A DNA stretch of 64,000 nt, from sequence record NC_054919.1. One strand, given 5' to 3'. The notes below the pieces were generated by a model. The model was not told the origin of the DNA, made no database searches, and saw only the letters and a list, made by a program, of their open reading frames with translations. Below are positions 38,032 to 48,790 of this stretch, in pieces. Both the position numbers and the translations under genes were made by a program. Origin of the DNA: Escherichia phage vB_EcoM_G4507. Each line of letters begins with the position of its first letter. Positions within the stretch are counted from its first letter, which is position 1.

Positions 38032-38118
38032 TGGTGCGAGAAGTGAGACTCGAACCCACAAGGAAATAATTCCGCAGCATTTTAAGTGCTGTGCCTTTAC
38101 CAATTTGACCATTCTCGC
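38032..38118 (-). tRNA. tRNA-Leu (anticodon UAA), type II
   Basis: Matches T4 tRNA-Leu; anticodon loop CUUAAAA. Confidence 0.85.
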
Positions 38119-38119
38119 G

Positions 38120-38192
38120 CTGGGAATAAAGGACTCGAACCTTTGCATCCTGGAATCAAAATCCAGTGCCTTACCAACTTGGCTAATTCCCA
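38120..38192 (-). tRNA. tRNA-Gln (anticodon UUG)
   Basis: Matches T4 tRNA-Gln; 1 nt from tRNA-Leu (Gln-Leu dimer); CCA not encoded. Confidence 0.85.
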
Positions 38193-38289
38193 ATTATTAA
38201 CAAAGGCTCTTTAGCAAGAACCCTTGATGATAGAGGGTATTAATCAGTGCGGTATGAGTTAATAATAACAAATAATTCTTAAAGCATAT

Positions 38290-38583
38290 TTACCATTTAT
38301 GATAATACATATTTACGATGCATTCAAGGCCCAAAGGATTCCTGAAAATATCATATTCAAGAGGACCTTTTTCTGTTTCAATAAAGAAATCAAAATTTAC
38401 TGTATTAAATTTACGGTCTTCCTTCACTAATTTAACTTGGGAAGATGAACGGTCAACATAAACCTTTTCAACTTCAAAACACGTTAAAACGCCATAATCA
38501 TCAATCAAGGCTTTAGCCGCGTCTTGATCATATTTATATCCATTTTCAATGGACGATACTTTTGCATAAAGAATCATTATCAC
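38290..38583 (-). CDS. Hypothetical protein
   Basis: ORF track. Confidence 0.5.
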   Translation of the reverse strand: MIMILYAKVSSIENGYKYDQDAAKALIDDYGVLTCFEVEKVYVDRSSSQVKLVKEDRKFNTVNFDFFIETEKGPLEYDIFRNPLGLECIVNMYYHKW

Positions 38584-38960
38584 ACTCCGTAGTCTATCTT
38601 GACCAATCTACCTTTGTAGTAGCCAAAGTTCTTTGGAAAGGCATCATACTCAAAGAAATCACGGTCAAGCGTTCTGCATTCATCACCATCAACATCATTA
38701 TAGAGCTTTTGCAAATCAGATTTAAAAAGCTCCTTATCCTCAACTGGCTCTGCTTTGTGCATCACAACCATGAGACCAAATCTGTTTGAGTATGCTATTG
38801 GGCATAGGTATTTGTTATCATACCCCTTCCACTGACCTTCTGTAAGATTGCTGAGCATACCCTGCACGAAGTGTTTCCATGTCTTGGGGATAGGGAACTT
38901 AATAGCATACTTATGTGTTAGTAGTACCCATCTGGTTCCACCCGATTTAATTAATTTCAT
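38580..38960 (-). CDS. Hypothetical protein
   Basis: ORF track; ATGA overlap. Confidence 0.5.
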   Translation of the reverse strand: MKLIKSGGTRWVLLTHKYAIKFPIPKTWKHFVQGMLSNLTEGQWKGYDNKYLCPIAYSNRFGLMVVMHKAEPVEDKELFKSDLQKLYNDVDGDECRTLDRDFFEYDAFPKNFGYYKGRLVKIDYGV

Positions 38961-39034
38961 AGTCTCAGCTACCTCAATATTAATTTAAGCAATATCATTC
39001 CTGTAAGGTAGTACTTTAGCATAAAGAATCATTG

Positions 39035-39445
39035 TCAGCCTCTATCAACGATAGCATGAGTATGGGCATTTACGATTTGCCACCAGTCGAAACGATTGAA
39101 ACCATAATCTGGTTTATTTTCATTTTCTTTAATGATATCACGCAGCTTATCTTCTGTTTCAGCATACGCAATTAAATCATCATATCCACCACAAGGGTAA
39201 TAATTATCACCTGCGAATAAAAGAAAATTTACCTTAGATGGATTTACATAATAATGGTCTTTAGGATATTTAGTTCCTCTCCAATCAGTTACTTCAACAT
39301 AACGGTAAGAAAATCCATTTTTACTTTCAATCCAACTCCACGCTTCAAAAGGAGTATTAAAAACTTTATCAGGTATTAAATTACCTTCAAAATGAGAAGG
39401 ATTTGCATAATCCCCAGCATAAACATAATATTCGTTAATACTCAT
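39035..39445 (-). CDS. Hypothetical protein
   Basis: ORF track; Tyr/Trp-rich. Confidence 0.5.
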   Translation of the reverse strand: MSINEYYVYAGDYANPSHFEGNLIPDKVFNTPFEAWSWIESKNGFSYRYVEVTDWRGTKYPKDHYYVNPSKVNFLLFAGDNYYPCGGYDDLIAYAETEDKLRDIIKENENKPDYGFNRFDWWQIVNAHTHAIVDRG

Positions 39446-39631
39446 TTATTCACCTTTAGAAATTTTATCCATAACGATAGCAATTAAACCAATTAAAAAT
39501 GCTACTACAAGTGAAAACGCATTTTCTGCTGTAGTTAATAATCCGCATATAAATCCAACAAACATTGAAAAACTAAAAGCAGAAGCAGAAATTGCAATAG
39601 CAACATTTCGAATTAATTCACAGCGTTTCAT
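39446..39631 (-). CDS. Small membrane protein
   Basis: ATG verified; hydrophobic helices; early promoter upstream. Confidence 0.5.
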   Translation of the reverse strand: MKRCELIRNVAIAISASAFSFSMFVGFICGLLTTAENAFSLVVAFLIGLIAIVMDKISKGE

Positions 39632-39659
39632 TTTATTCTCCTCAGTAGTTGATAGGGTA

Positions 39660-39689
39660 ATAGTATCACAACTAAAACCCTATGTAAAC
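39660..39689 (-). promoter_or_regulatory. T4-type early promoter
   Basis: GTTTAC, 18 nt, TACTAT. Confidence 0.55.
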
Positions 39690-39707
39690 AACTTTGTGAA
39701 AAATTTA

Positions 39708-39992
39708 TTACAAAAGATTTTTAGCAATAATTTTAAGCTGAGCTACTGAAATATGCTTGGCTTTAAACAAAGCAGTTTCTTCAGCAGGGGAGATAATGAT
39801 TGTAGCACCATCTTTCTTAGCGGACCATCCATCACCCAGGTAAACAGTACCTTTAACTTCTTCGCCATCAACCAGGCTAATCATCGGTTTACCTTCACGT
39901 CCTTTGTTTGCTTTAATAACTTCAGAAGTAAGGGTCGCTTCAGTCAAAGTAGAAGCGTTAGTGGTTGAAGTGAATTCTTGATAAGTTTTCAT
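39708..39992 (-). CDS. Internal protein I-like with capsid-targeting sequence
   Basis: ATG verified; MKTYQEFTSTT... N-terminus; early promoter at 40023-40052; position upstream of 57B. Confidence 0.6.
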   Translation of the reverse strand: MKTYQEFTSTTNASTLTEATLTSEVIKANKGREGKPMISLVDGEEVKGTVYLGDGWSAKKDGATIIISPAEETALFKAKHISVAQLKIIAKNLL

Positions 39993-40022
39993 TTTATTTT
40001 CCTAATTAATTTTGATGAGGTA

Positions 40023-40052
40023 ATAGTATCACTACCTCATCAGCATGTAAAC
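40023..40052 (-). promoter_or_regulatory. T4-type early promoter upstream of IPI-like gene
   Basis: GTTTAC, 18 nt, TACTAT. Confidence 0.55.
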
Positions 40053-40064
40053 AACTTTGTGAAA

Positions 40065-40761
<697 letters not shown>

Positions 40762-40762
<1 letters not shown>

Positions 40763-41487
40763 TATAGTACCTTTAGTGTATTTTTAATTTTAGAAAAAAG
40801 TTCTTCAAGAGAACCATCGTTTGTAATTACTAAATCGCCATCACGAATTGGCAATCCAGCTTCTGTAATATGTGTATCATTGGATTTTTGACCAGGACGA
40901 ACTACATGAATTACTGTAGCACCCATCGCCCTAGCCGCATCCATTTCATGATCTTGACGGGTATCAGGAACGATATAATAATCATAACCTGAGTTAAATT
41001 TATCAAGATAATCTAAAGCAAATAATTTTACCCAGTACATGCGGTCGAAGTTATTAACAATCAAATCCGTACCTAGGGCTTGCATCAGACGACGGACTGA
41101 CCATTGATCTTCAATATTATTTATAACGTCAATAATCTTGTTAAATGCTACGGAATTAACTAATTCTTGTCCTTCGTCATCAAAAACAAACACACCCTTA
41201 ATTGGGCTTTTACCATTAAGATAGCAAAATGCTTGTTCCATAATCGTGATTACTTCTAATTTAGTCAGATTTAAATTAGTCTCACGATCATAGTCAATTC
41301 CTTCAAACTCTTTACGAGTTAAGCAAGGATAGCCAGTGTTTGCTGCAAATACTCCCCATGCATAAGCCAATGCATCCTTAATAGGACCAGCAAGTTGGTA
41401 TTTAACTGCAGAATAATTGCTCATGATAAAATCAGCAGTAGTATCTTTTCCACTACGCTTTACACCGCTTAAAAAGATTAGTTTCAT
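40762..41487 (-). CDS. 1: Deoxynucleoside monophosphate kinase gp1
   Basis: ATG at 41487 gives 241 aa (T4 gp1 length); P-loop GVKRSGKDT. Confidence 0.85.
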
Positions 41488-41536
41488 GTGTTTCTCCTCA
41501 AATTTAATTAAGATTATAACACACAAAACTGAAGCA

Positions 41537-42067
41537 TTAAACTTCTGCTATAATTTTTCCATCTTTTTCTACTTGAAAATAGGTGTAAGGAATCGTTGCA
41601 GTACATACTAAAGCCGGGTCTGAATCTTCCGTATAGCTAAATTCTACTTCAGATAGGTCAGAAACCCAAGGCTTATAAAAATTTATTGACATCACGATTT
41701 CAGTTTTGCTATTATCTAAGATGTAAAGCGTAATGTACTCAGGACCTGTTTTTTGGGCAGTATTTTCACCTGTAAGATAGTTGCTAGTTCCTAGCATCCA
41801 TTCATACATTCCTATCCATGACTTAAGTTCTTCATCAACTATAAATCTCACAATGAGTGGATCATACTCAAATGTAACACCTGGACGTTGTGCTCGGCCC
41901 AGTCCAAACGGCCCAGTCACGGTATCAGTAACAGGTATTCTAATTCCTGGAATAGGAACTGACTGAGCATTTAAAGTAAAAGCAGATGTAGTATTACTAT
42001 GTGGTATTGATACTACAAAGTTAGTTGTATTTGCTTGGTTAAAAATTTGTTGCAGAGCTTGCGACAT
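41537..42067 (-). CDS. 3: Tail tube terminator / sheath stabiliser gp3
   Basis: ATG at 42067 (GAGGA SD) gives 176 aa, the T4 gp3 length; synteny. Confidence 0.75.
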   Translation of the reverse strand: MSQALQQIFNQANTTNFVVSIPHSNTTSAFTLNAQSVPIPGIRIPVTDTVTGPFGLGRAQRPGVTFEYDPLIVRFIVDEELKSWIGMYEWMLGTSNYLTGENTAQKTGPEYITLYILDNSKTEIVMSINFYKPWVSDLSEVEFSYTEDSDPALVCTATIPYTYFQVEKDGKIIAEV

Positions 42068-42173
42068 ATATTCCTCATAATGCTTTATAACTGTTAGTGG
42101 TATAATGGGTCTAAGTCCCTTCCATTCAATTCCATTTAGAACAAACAACAGAAAAGAATGGAAGATAATAGAA

Positions 42174-42998
42174 TTAGATATTTGACCAGACTTTGTTTGC
42201 AGAGAAACGTTTTCCTTTTGAAACGAACTGCTGAAGTGGCATCAACACAACGTTCGCCCAGTCTTTCGGGGCGATTTCAACAAGGCTACCCATAATATTA
42301 CCGGGTATATATGCCTTAATCATTTGGTCTGCACCCCTAAATCCTTTCACTTGACTCCAATCAATTTTTAATTTCGTTTTATTAGTAATAGTAGGTGTAT
42401 TTGAATATTGCTTTAAAAGCTCTTCTAGAAATTGCTGACGAGCTTTAGGTGGAATATAGTGCAAGTTTAATCCGTACATTAAATTGTGCTTACCTAAACC
42501 AAGGTAAATTATCAAAGGAAATTTATCCCAGTAAGGAAGAGTTTCCTTGTGTTTAGCATCATAAGCAAAAGCATATATTCGTCCCGGCTGCGGGCGAACA
42601 ACTTTATGTCCTTTTACTTGCTTAATAGTTTCAGCAAACCATTTTCTGGTTTTATTATTAATTGCTGCGCCTTCATTACGAATTTTATCACGCAATGTTT
42701 GTCTGAATGAATTTATCATAAGCAGTTGTCTTTCTTGCTTATTGAGCTTATTCATTGGTTTTGATTCAAGCTTTTGAATCTTTTCAGCTGTTTTAATTCC
42801 TGAAGCATATTTTGACATTGCTGAAGTAAACGTGGAGTATTTGATTCCTCTTTCTTCAGCAAATTGTTTTCCTGTCATTCCTTTTGCTTTGGCCTTTTTA
42901 TATTCAAGACCTATTTGAATCCATTTCTTTTCGTTTAATGATTGCTTAACCTTTGGAACTTGGGGAGTGCTTTCATTAATTATTTGAAAAATAGCCAT
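42174..42998 (-). CDS. 2: DNA end protector protein gp2
   Basis: 274 aa, T4 gp2 length; basic; synteny. Confidence 0.8.
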   Translation of the reverse strand: MAIFQIINESTPQVPKVKQSLNEKKWIQIGLEYKKAKAKGMTGKQFAEERGIKYSTFTSAMSKYASGIKTAEKIQKLESKPMNKLNKQERQLLMINSFRQTLRDKIRNEGAAINNKTRKWFAETIKQVKGHKVVRPQPGRIYAFAYDAKHKETLPYWDKFPLIIYLGLGKHNLMYGLNLHYIPPKARQQFLEELLKQYSNTPTITNKTKLKIDWSQVKGFRGADQMIKAYIPGNIMGSLVEIAPKDWANVVLMPLQQFVSKGKRFSANKVWSNI

Positions 42999-43450
42999 TA
43001 TGCCCCCTTAAAGCCAAGAGCTCGTAATCCATCTTCTGTTAGAATTCTAAATTTTATTCCACGCTTTTCAGCTAAAGATTGCGCTGCTTTCCATTTGTCA
43101 GTGTTCACAGACCAGGTATAAATTTCATTCATAAATCTTTTCTTCGCTGCGGTTGTTAGATGTGCTGGTTTAACTGGTGGTTGTGTTTCTTTTTTAGGTT
43201 TTATTTCAATAAAAAATTCTTGTCCAGAAGAATCTTTCATCCAAATATCCATGAAGTATCTACGTTTTTTCCCTTCTGCATTACAAAAATAAGGAATTAC
43301 TGCTGTTTCACTACCCCATGCAATAATTTCTGGATTTTTATCTAACCATTCAAAAAAGAATTTTTCCCAATTTGATCTATACGTAATTTTTTTAGGGTCA
43401 CCTCTATATTTTGATATATTTTTAGGAACCCATTTTCCAGAATATGCCAT
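42998..43450 (-). CDS. 4: Head completion protein gp4
   Basis: 150 aa, T4 gp4 length; late promoter upstream. Confidence 0.8.
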   Translation of the reverse strand: MAYSGKWVPKNISKYRGDPKKITYRSNWEKFFFEWLDKNPEIIAWGSETAVIPYFCNAEGKKRRYFMDIWMKDSSGQEFFIEIKPKKETQPPVKPAHLTTAAKKRFMNEIYTWSVNTDKWKAAQSLAEKRGIKFRILTEDGLRALGFKGA

Positions 43451-43461
43451 TGGATTCTCCT

Positions 43462-43469
43462 TATAAATA
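43462..43469 (+). promoter_or_regulatory. T4 late promoter (TATAAATA) for gene 53 and baseplate operon
   Basis: TATAAATA about 29 nt upstream of gp53 ATG. Confidence 0.6.
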
Positions 43470-43476
43470 GATAATA

Positions 43477-43484
43477 TATTTATA
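43477..43484 (-). promoter_or_regulatory. T4 late promoter (TATAAATA), divergent, for gene 4
   Basis: TATAAATA on minus strand about 27 nt upstream of gp4 ATG. Confidence 0.5.
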
Positions 43485-43497
43485 AACAGGAGGGCCC

Positions 43498-44088
43498 ATG
43501 CTCTTTACATTTTTTGATCCGATTGAATATGCGGCCAAAACGGTGAATAAAAACGCGCCGACTATTCCTATGACAGATATTTTTAGAAACTATAAAGACT
43601 ATTTTAAACGCGCTCTTGCGGGATACCGCTTACGTACTTATTATATTAAAGGTTCACCACGCCCGGAAGAATTAGCAAATACTATATATGGAAATCCACA
43701 GTTGTATTGGGTTTTATTGATGTGTAATGATAATTATGACCCGTATTATGGATGGATTACTTCGCAAGAAGCTGCTTATCAGGCATCTATACAAAAATAC
43801 AAAAACGTAGGTGGAGACCAAATAGTATATCATGTAAATGAGAACGGTGAAAAATTTTATAATTTAGTATCATACGATGATAATCCATATGTTTGGTATG
43901 ACAAAGGTGATAAAGCTAGAAAATATCCTCAATATGAAGGAGCACTTGCTGCTGTTAATACGTATGAAGCTGCTGTTCTTGAAAATGAAAAACTTCGTCA
44001 AATAAAAATAATAGCAAAATCAGACATCAATTCATTTATGAACGACCTTATACGTATAATGGAGAAATCTTATGGAAATGATAAGTAA
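43498..44088 (+). CDS. 53: Baseplate wedge protein gp53
   Basis: 196 aa, T4 gp53 length; AGGAGG SD; late promoter TATAAATA at 43462. Confidence 0.85.
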   Translation: MLFTFFDPIEYAAKTVNKNAPTIPMTDIFRNYKDYFKRALAGYRLRTYYIKGSPRPEELANTIYGNPQLYWVLLMCNDNYDPYYGWITSQEAAYQASIQKYKNVGGDQIVYHVNENGEKFYNLVSYDDNPYVWYDKGDKARKYPQYEGALAAVNTYEAAVLENEKLRQIKIIAKSDINSFMNDLIRIMEKSYGNDK

Positions 44089-45976
44089 TAACCTTAATTG
44101 GTTTGTTGGTGTTGTTGAAGATAGAATGGACCCATTAAAATTAGGTCGTGTTCGTGTTCGTGTGGTTGGTCTGCATCCACCACAAAGAGCACAAGGTGAT
44201 GTAATGGGTATTCCAACTGAAAAATTACCATGGATGTCAGTTATTCAACCTATAACTTCTGCAGCAATGTCTGGAATTGGAGGTTCCGTTACTGGACCGG
44301 TAGAAGGAACTAGAGTTTATGGTCATTTTTTGGACAAATGGAAAACTAACGGAATTGTTCTTGGCACGTATGGTGGAATAGTTCGCGAAAAACCGAATAG
44401 ACTTGAAGGATTTTCTGACCCGACTGGGCAATATCCTAGACGTTTAGGAAATGATACTAACGTACTAAACCAAGGCGGAGAAGTAGGATATGATTCGTCT
44501 TCTAACATTATCCAAGATAGTAACTTAGACACCGCAATAAATCCCGATGATAGACCACTATCAGAGATTCCAACTGATGATAATCCAAATATGTCAATGG
44601 CTGAAATGCTTCGCCGTGATGAAGGATTAAGACTAAATTTTTTTTTTTTTTTTTTTTTTAAGAGACAGAGATGGTTTTTTTTTTTTTTTTTTTCAAGCAG
44701 AAGACGGCATACGAGATCAGCCTCGGTCTCGTGGGCTCGGAGATGTGTATAAGAGACAGATCCAAATATGTCAATGGCTGAAATGCTTCGCCGTGATGAA
44801 GGATTAAGACTAAAAGTTTATTGGGATACAGAAGGATATCCGACAATTGGTATTGGTCATCTTATCATGAAGCAGCCAGTTCGTGATATGACCCAAATTA
44901 ATAAAGTTTTATCAAAACAAGTTGGTCGTGAAATTACCGGAAATCCAGGTTCTATTACAATGGAAGAAGCGGTAACTTTATTTGAACGCGATTTGGCTGA
45001 TATGCAACGTGACATTAAATCACATTCTAAAGTAGGACCAGTCTGGCAAGCTGTCAACCGTTCTCGTCAAATGGCATTAGAAAATATGGCATTTCAGATG
45101 GGTGTTGGCGGTGTAGCTAAATTTAACACAATGTTAACTGCTATGTTAGCAGGAGATTGGGAAAAAGCATATAAAGCCGGTCGTGATTCATTGTGGTATC
45201 AACAAACAAAAGGCCGTGCATCCCGTGTTACCATGATTATTCTTACGGGGAATTTGGAATCATATGGTGTTGAAGTGAAAACTCCAGCTAGGTCTTTGTC
45301 GGCAATGGCTGCTACTGTGGCGAAGTCTTCTGATCCAGCTGACCCTCCTATTCCAAATGACTCAAGAATTTTATTCAAAGAACCAGTTTCTTCATATAAA
45401 GGCGAATATCCTTATGTGCATACAATGGAAACTGAAAGTGGACATATTCAGGAATTTGATGATACCCCTGGGCAAGAACGATATAGATTAGTTCATCCAA
45501 CTGGAACTTATGAAGAAGTATCACCGTCAGGGAGAAGAACAAGAAAAACAGTTGATAATTTATATGATATAACCAACGCTGATGGTAATTTTTTGGTAGC
45601 CGGTGATAAAAAGACTAACGTCGGTGGTTCAGAAATTTATTATAACATGGATAATCGTCTTCACCAAATAGATGGAAGCAATACAATATTTGTACGTGGC
45701 GATGAAACTAAGACGGTTGAAGGTAATGGAACTATCCTAGTTAAAGGTAATGTTACTATTGTAGTTGAAGGTAATGCTGACATTACAGTTAAAGGAGATG
45801 CTACTACTTTAGTTGAAGGAAATCAGACTAATACAGTAAATGGAAATCTTTCTTGGAAAGTTGCTGGGACAGTTGATTGGGACGTTGGTGGTGATTGGAC
45901 AGAAAAAATGGCATCTATGAGTTCTATTTCATCTGGTCAATACACAATTGATGGATCGAGGATTGACATTGGCTAA
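44072..45976 (+). CDS. 5: Baseplate hub / tail lysozyme gp5, reading frame broken by a 177-bp non-biological insertion (44638-44814)
   Basis: N-terminal ORF MEMISNNLNWFVGVVED... and C-terminal ORF (lysozyme domain [21 protein letters not shown], beta-helix VEGN repeats) match T4 gp5; removing the insert gives 576 codons in frame. Confidence 0.9.
44638..44814. other. Sequencing-library artifact: poly-T runs, Nextera mosaic-end fragments, Illumina P7/i7 index primer, plus a 55-bp duplication of flanking gene-5 sequence
   Basis: CAAGCAGAAGACGGCATACGAGAT-CAGCCTCG-GTCTCGTGGGCTCGGAGATGTGTATAAGAGACAG at 44694-44759; the 8-mer matches the Nextera N710 index as recalled; 44583-44637 repeated at 44760-44814. 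Confidence 0.95.
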
Positions 45977-45986
45977 TATACTTCCA

Positions 45987-46505
45987 ATGAGCGCTGATTT
46001 AGGAGAATCCATGGAAGGTTCTTCTATCGACGTCACCTTTACCGCTCAATTAGAAACAGGTGAAACGTTAGTATCTATAAATATAACTAGTTACGAAGAA
46101 ACTCCTGGGGTTTTAGTAGAAGAAAATCGCTTATATGGAACATATGAATCTGTGTTTGGATTTGGAAATGACGCGTTGAAATATCGTTTAGGTGATGAAT
46201 TTAAAACTGTTGCTTCATGGGAAGAACTTCCTACTGATTCTGATACTCAGTTGTATTTGTGGAAAGCTCCTCAAAATCTCCAGAAGACATTCACTTACGA
46301 AGTAACATTAATATATGACTACCAAGAACAAAGTGAATCTGGAGGTTCTGGCAGTAATTCTAGGTCATCTTCTGATACTACTGAACCAACAGATCCTCCT
46401 GCTCCAGTAAGAAAAACTCTCGTTAAAAATTATACTAAAACTATAGTTGGAAATTGGAGTCGTTGGGCTAATAAATTAAGAAGCTATGTGTATGAGAGGT
46501 CATAG
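45987..46505 (+). CDS. 5.1: gp5.1-position hypothetical protein
   Basis: ATG at 45987 after gp5 stop; Ser/Gly-rich linker. Confidence 0.6.
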
Positions 46506-46799
46506 ATGTCAGGATTAAGTTATGATAAATGTGTTACTGCTGGTCATGAAGCATGGCCTCCAACAGTTGTGAATGCTACACAAAGTAAAGTATTCACTGG
46601 AGGAATTGCTGTTCTCGTAGCAGGTGATCCAATTACAGAACATACAGAAATTAAAAAGCCATATGAAACACATGGCGGAGTGACACAACCTAGAACTTCT
46701 AAGGTATATGTCACAGGAAAGAAAGCTGTTCAAATGGCTGATCCAATATCATGCGGTGATACTGTGGCTCAGGCATCATCTAAAGTATTCATTAAATAG
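46506..46799 (+). CDS. 5.4: Spike-tip PAAR-like protein gp5.4
   Basis: 97 aa, T4 gp5.4 length; directly downstream of gene 5. Confidence 0.75.
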
Positions 46800-46807
46800 G
46801 ATTTAAA

Positions 46808-48790
46808 ATGGCAAATACCCCTGTAAATTATCAATTAACAAGAACAGCAAATGCTATTCCCGAGATATTCGTCGGGGGTACGTTTGCTGAAATAAAACAA
46901 AACCTCATTGAATGGCTTAATGGCCAAAATGAATTTTTGGATTATGATTTTGAAGGCTCAAGATTAAACGTTCTGTGCGACCTTTTAGCTTATAATACAT
47001 TGTACATTCAGCAGTTTGGTAATGCTGCTGTGTATGAAAGCTTTATGCGTACTGCTAACTTACGAAGTTCAGTTGTTCAGGCTGCACAAGATAATGGATA
47101 TTTACCTACTTCAAAATCCGCTGCACAGACCGAAATTATGTTAACATGCACCGACGCATTGAATAGGAATTACATTACTATTCCTCGCGGAACTCGCTTT
47201 TTAGCATATGCAAAAGATACTTCTGTTAATCCATATAACTTCGTTTCTACCGAAGACGTTATTGCTATTCGTGATAAAAATAACCAATATTTTCCACGAT
47301 TAAAATTAGCCCAGGGACGTATAGTAAGAACTGAAATCATTTATGATAAATTAACACCTATTATCATTTATGACAAAAACATAGATAGAAACCAAGTTAA
47401 ACTATACGTTGATGGAGCAGAATGGATTAACTGGACAAGAAAGTCAATGGTTCATGCTGGTTCTACATCAACAATTTACTACATGCGTGAAACTATTGAT
47501 GGAAACACTGAATTCTATTTTGGCGAAGGTGAAATTTCTGTTAATGCGGCAGAAGGAGCTCTAACTGCTAACTATATTGGAGGTCTTAAACCTACCCAGA
47601 ACTCTACTATTGTTATTGAGTACATCAGTACTAACGGTGCAGATGCGAATGGTGCAGTCGGATTTTCATACGCAGATACATTAACAAATATAACTGTCAT
47701 CAATATTAACGAAAATCCAAATGATGACCCAGATTTTGTTGGGGCAGATGGCGGTGGCGATCCAGAAGATATTGAGCGTATTCGCGAATTGGGTACTATT
47801 AAACGCGAAACCCAGCAACGCTGCGTAACTGCGACCGACTATGATACATTCGTTTCAGAGAGATTTGGTTCTATTATTCAAGCTGTGCAGACTTTCACTG
47901 ATTCTACTAAACCTGGGTATGCATTTATTGCTGCTAAACCTAAATCAGGACTATATTTAACTACTGTGCAACGTGAAGATATTAAAAATTATCTCAAAGA
48001 CTATAATTTAGCGCCTATTACACCGTCAATTATTTCTCCTAATTATCTTTTTATTAAGACTAATTTAAAAGTCACATATGCTTTAAATAAACTACAAGAA
48101 TCCGAACAGTGGCTTGAAGGTCAAATAATTGATAAAATTGATCGCTATTATACCGAAGATGTAGAAATTTTTAACTCATCTTTTGCCAAGTCTAAGATGT
48201 TAACTTACGTAGATGATGCAGATCATTCTATCATTGGTTCATCAGCGACTATTCAAATTGTTCGTGAAGTACAAAACTTCTATAAAACGCCTGAAGCAGG
48301 TATTAAATACAATAATCAAATAAAAGATCGTTCTATGGAATCTAATACGTTTTCATTTAATTCTGGACGAAAGGTTGTAAATCCTGATACTGGTTTAGAA
48401 GAAGATGTATTATATGACGTTCGTATAGTATCAACAGACCGAGATTCTAAAGGAATTGGTAAAGTTATTATTGGTCCATTTGTTTCTGGCGATGTTACAG
48501 AAAATGAAAACATTCAGCCGTATACGGGCAACGATTTTAACAAATTAGCAAATTCTGATGGACGCGACAAATACTATGTTATCGGTGAAATAAATTATCC
48601 AGCTGACATGATTTATTGGAATATCGCTAAAATTAATTTAACATCTGAAAAATTTGAAGTTCAGACTATTGAATTATATTCTGACCCAACTGATGATGTT
48701 ATCTTTACTCGCGATGGTTCACTGATTGTATTTGAAAATGACTTACGTCCACAATACTTAACTATCGATTTGGAGCCTATATCACAATGA
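46808..48790 (+). CDS. 6: Baseplate wedge protein gp6
   Basis: 660 aa, T4 gp6 length; synteny. Confidence 0.85.
   Translation: MANTPVNYQLTRTANAIPEIFVGGTFAEIKQNLIEWLNGQNEFLDYDFEGSRLNVLCDLLAYNTLYIQQFGNAAVYESFMRTANLRSSVVQAAQDNGYLPTSKSAAQTEIMLTCTDALNRNYITIPRGTRFLAYAKDTSVNPYNFVSTEDVIAIRDKNNQYFPRLKLAQGRIVRTEIIYDKLTPIIIYDKNIDRNQVKLYVDGAEWINWTRKSMVHAGSTSTIYYMRETIDGNTEFYFGEGEISVNAAEGALTANYIGGLKPTQNSTIVIEYISTNGADANGAVGFSYADTLTNITVININENPNDDPDFVGADGGGDPEDIERIRELGTIKRETQQRCVTATDYDTFVSERFGSIIQAVQTFTDSTKPGYAFIAAKPKSGLYLTTVQREDIKNYLKDYNLAPITPSIISPNYLFIKTNLKVTYALNKLQESEQWLEGQIIDKIDRYYTEDVEIFNSSFAKSKMLTYVDDADHSIIGSSATIQIVREVQNFYKTPEAGIKYNNQIKDRSMESNTFSFNSGRKVVNPDTGLEEDVLYDVRIVSTDRDSKGIGKVIIGPFVSGDVTENENIQPYTGNDFNKLANSDGRDKYYVIGEINYPADMIYWNIAKINLTSEKFEVQTIELYSDPTDDVIFTRDGSLIVFENDLRPQYLTIDLEPISQ

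Noticed and set aside
44638-44693. Long poly-T tracts as a possible phase-variation or slippage element in gene 5
   Set aside because: They directly flank Nextera/Illumina adapter sequence and a 55-bp duplication, which are hallmarks of a library or assembly chimera.
44072-44752. C-terminal residues …NFFFFFFFKRQRWFFFFFFSSRRRHTRSASVSWARRCV of the first gene-5 ORF as a novel domain
   Set aside because: This is translation of adapter and homopolymer sequence, not genomic sequence.
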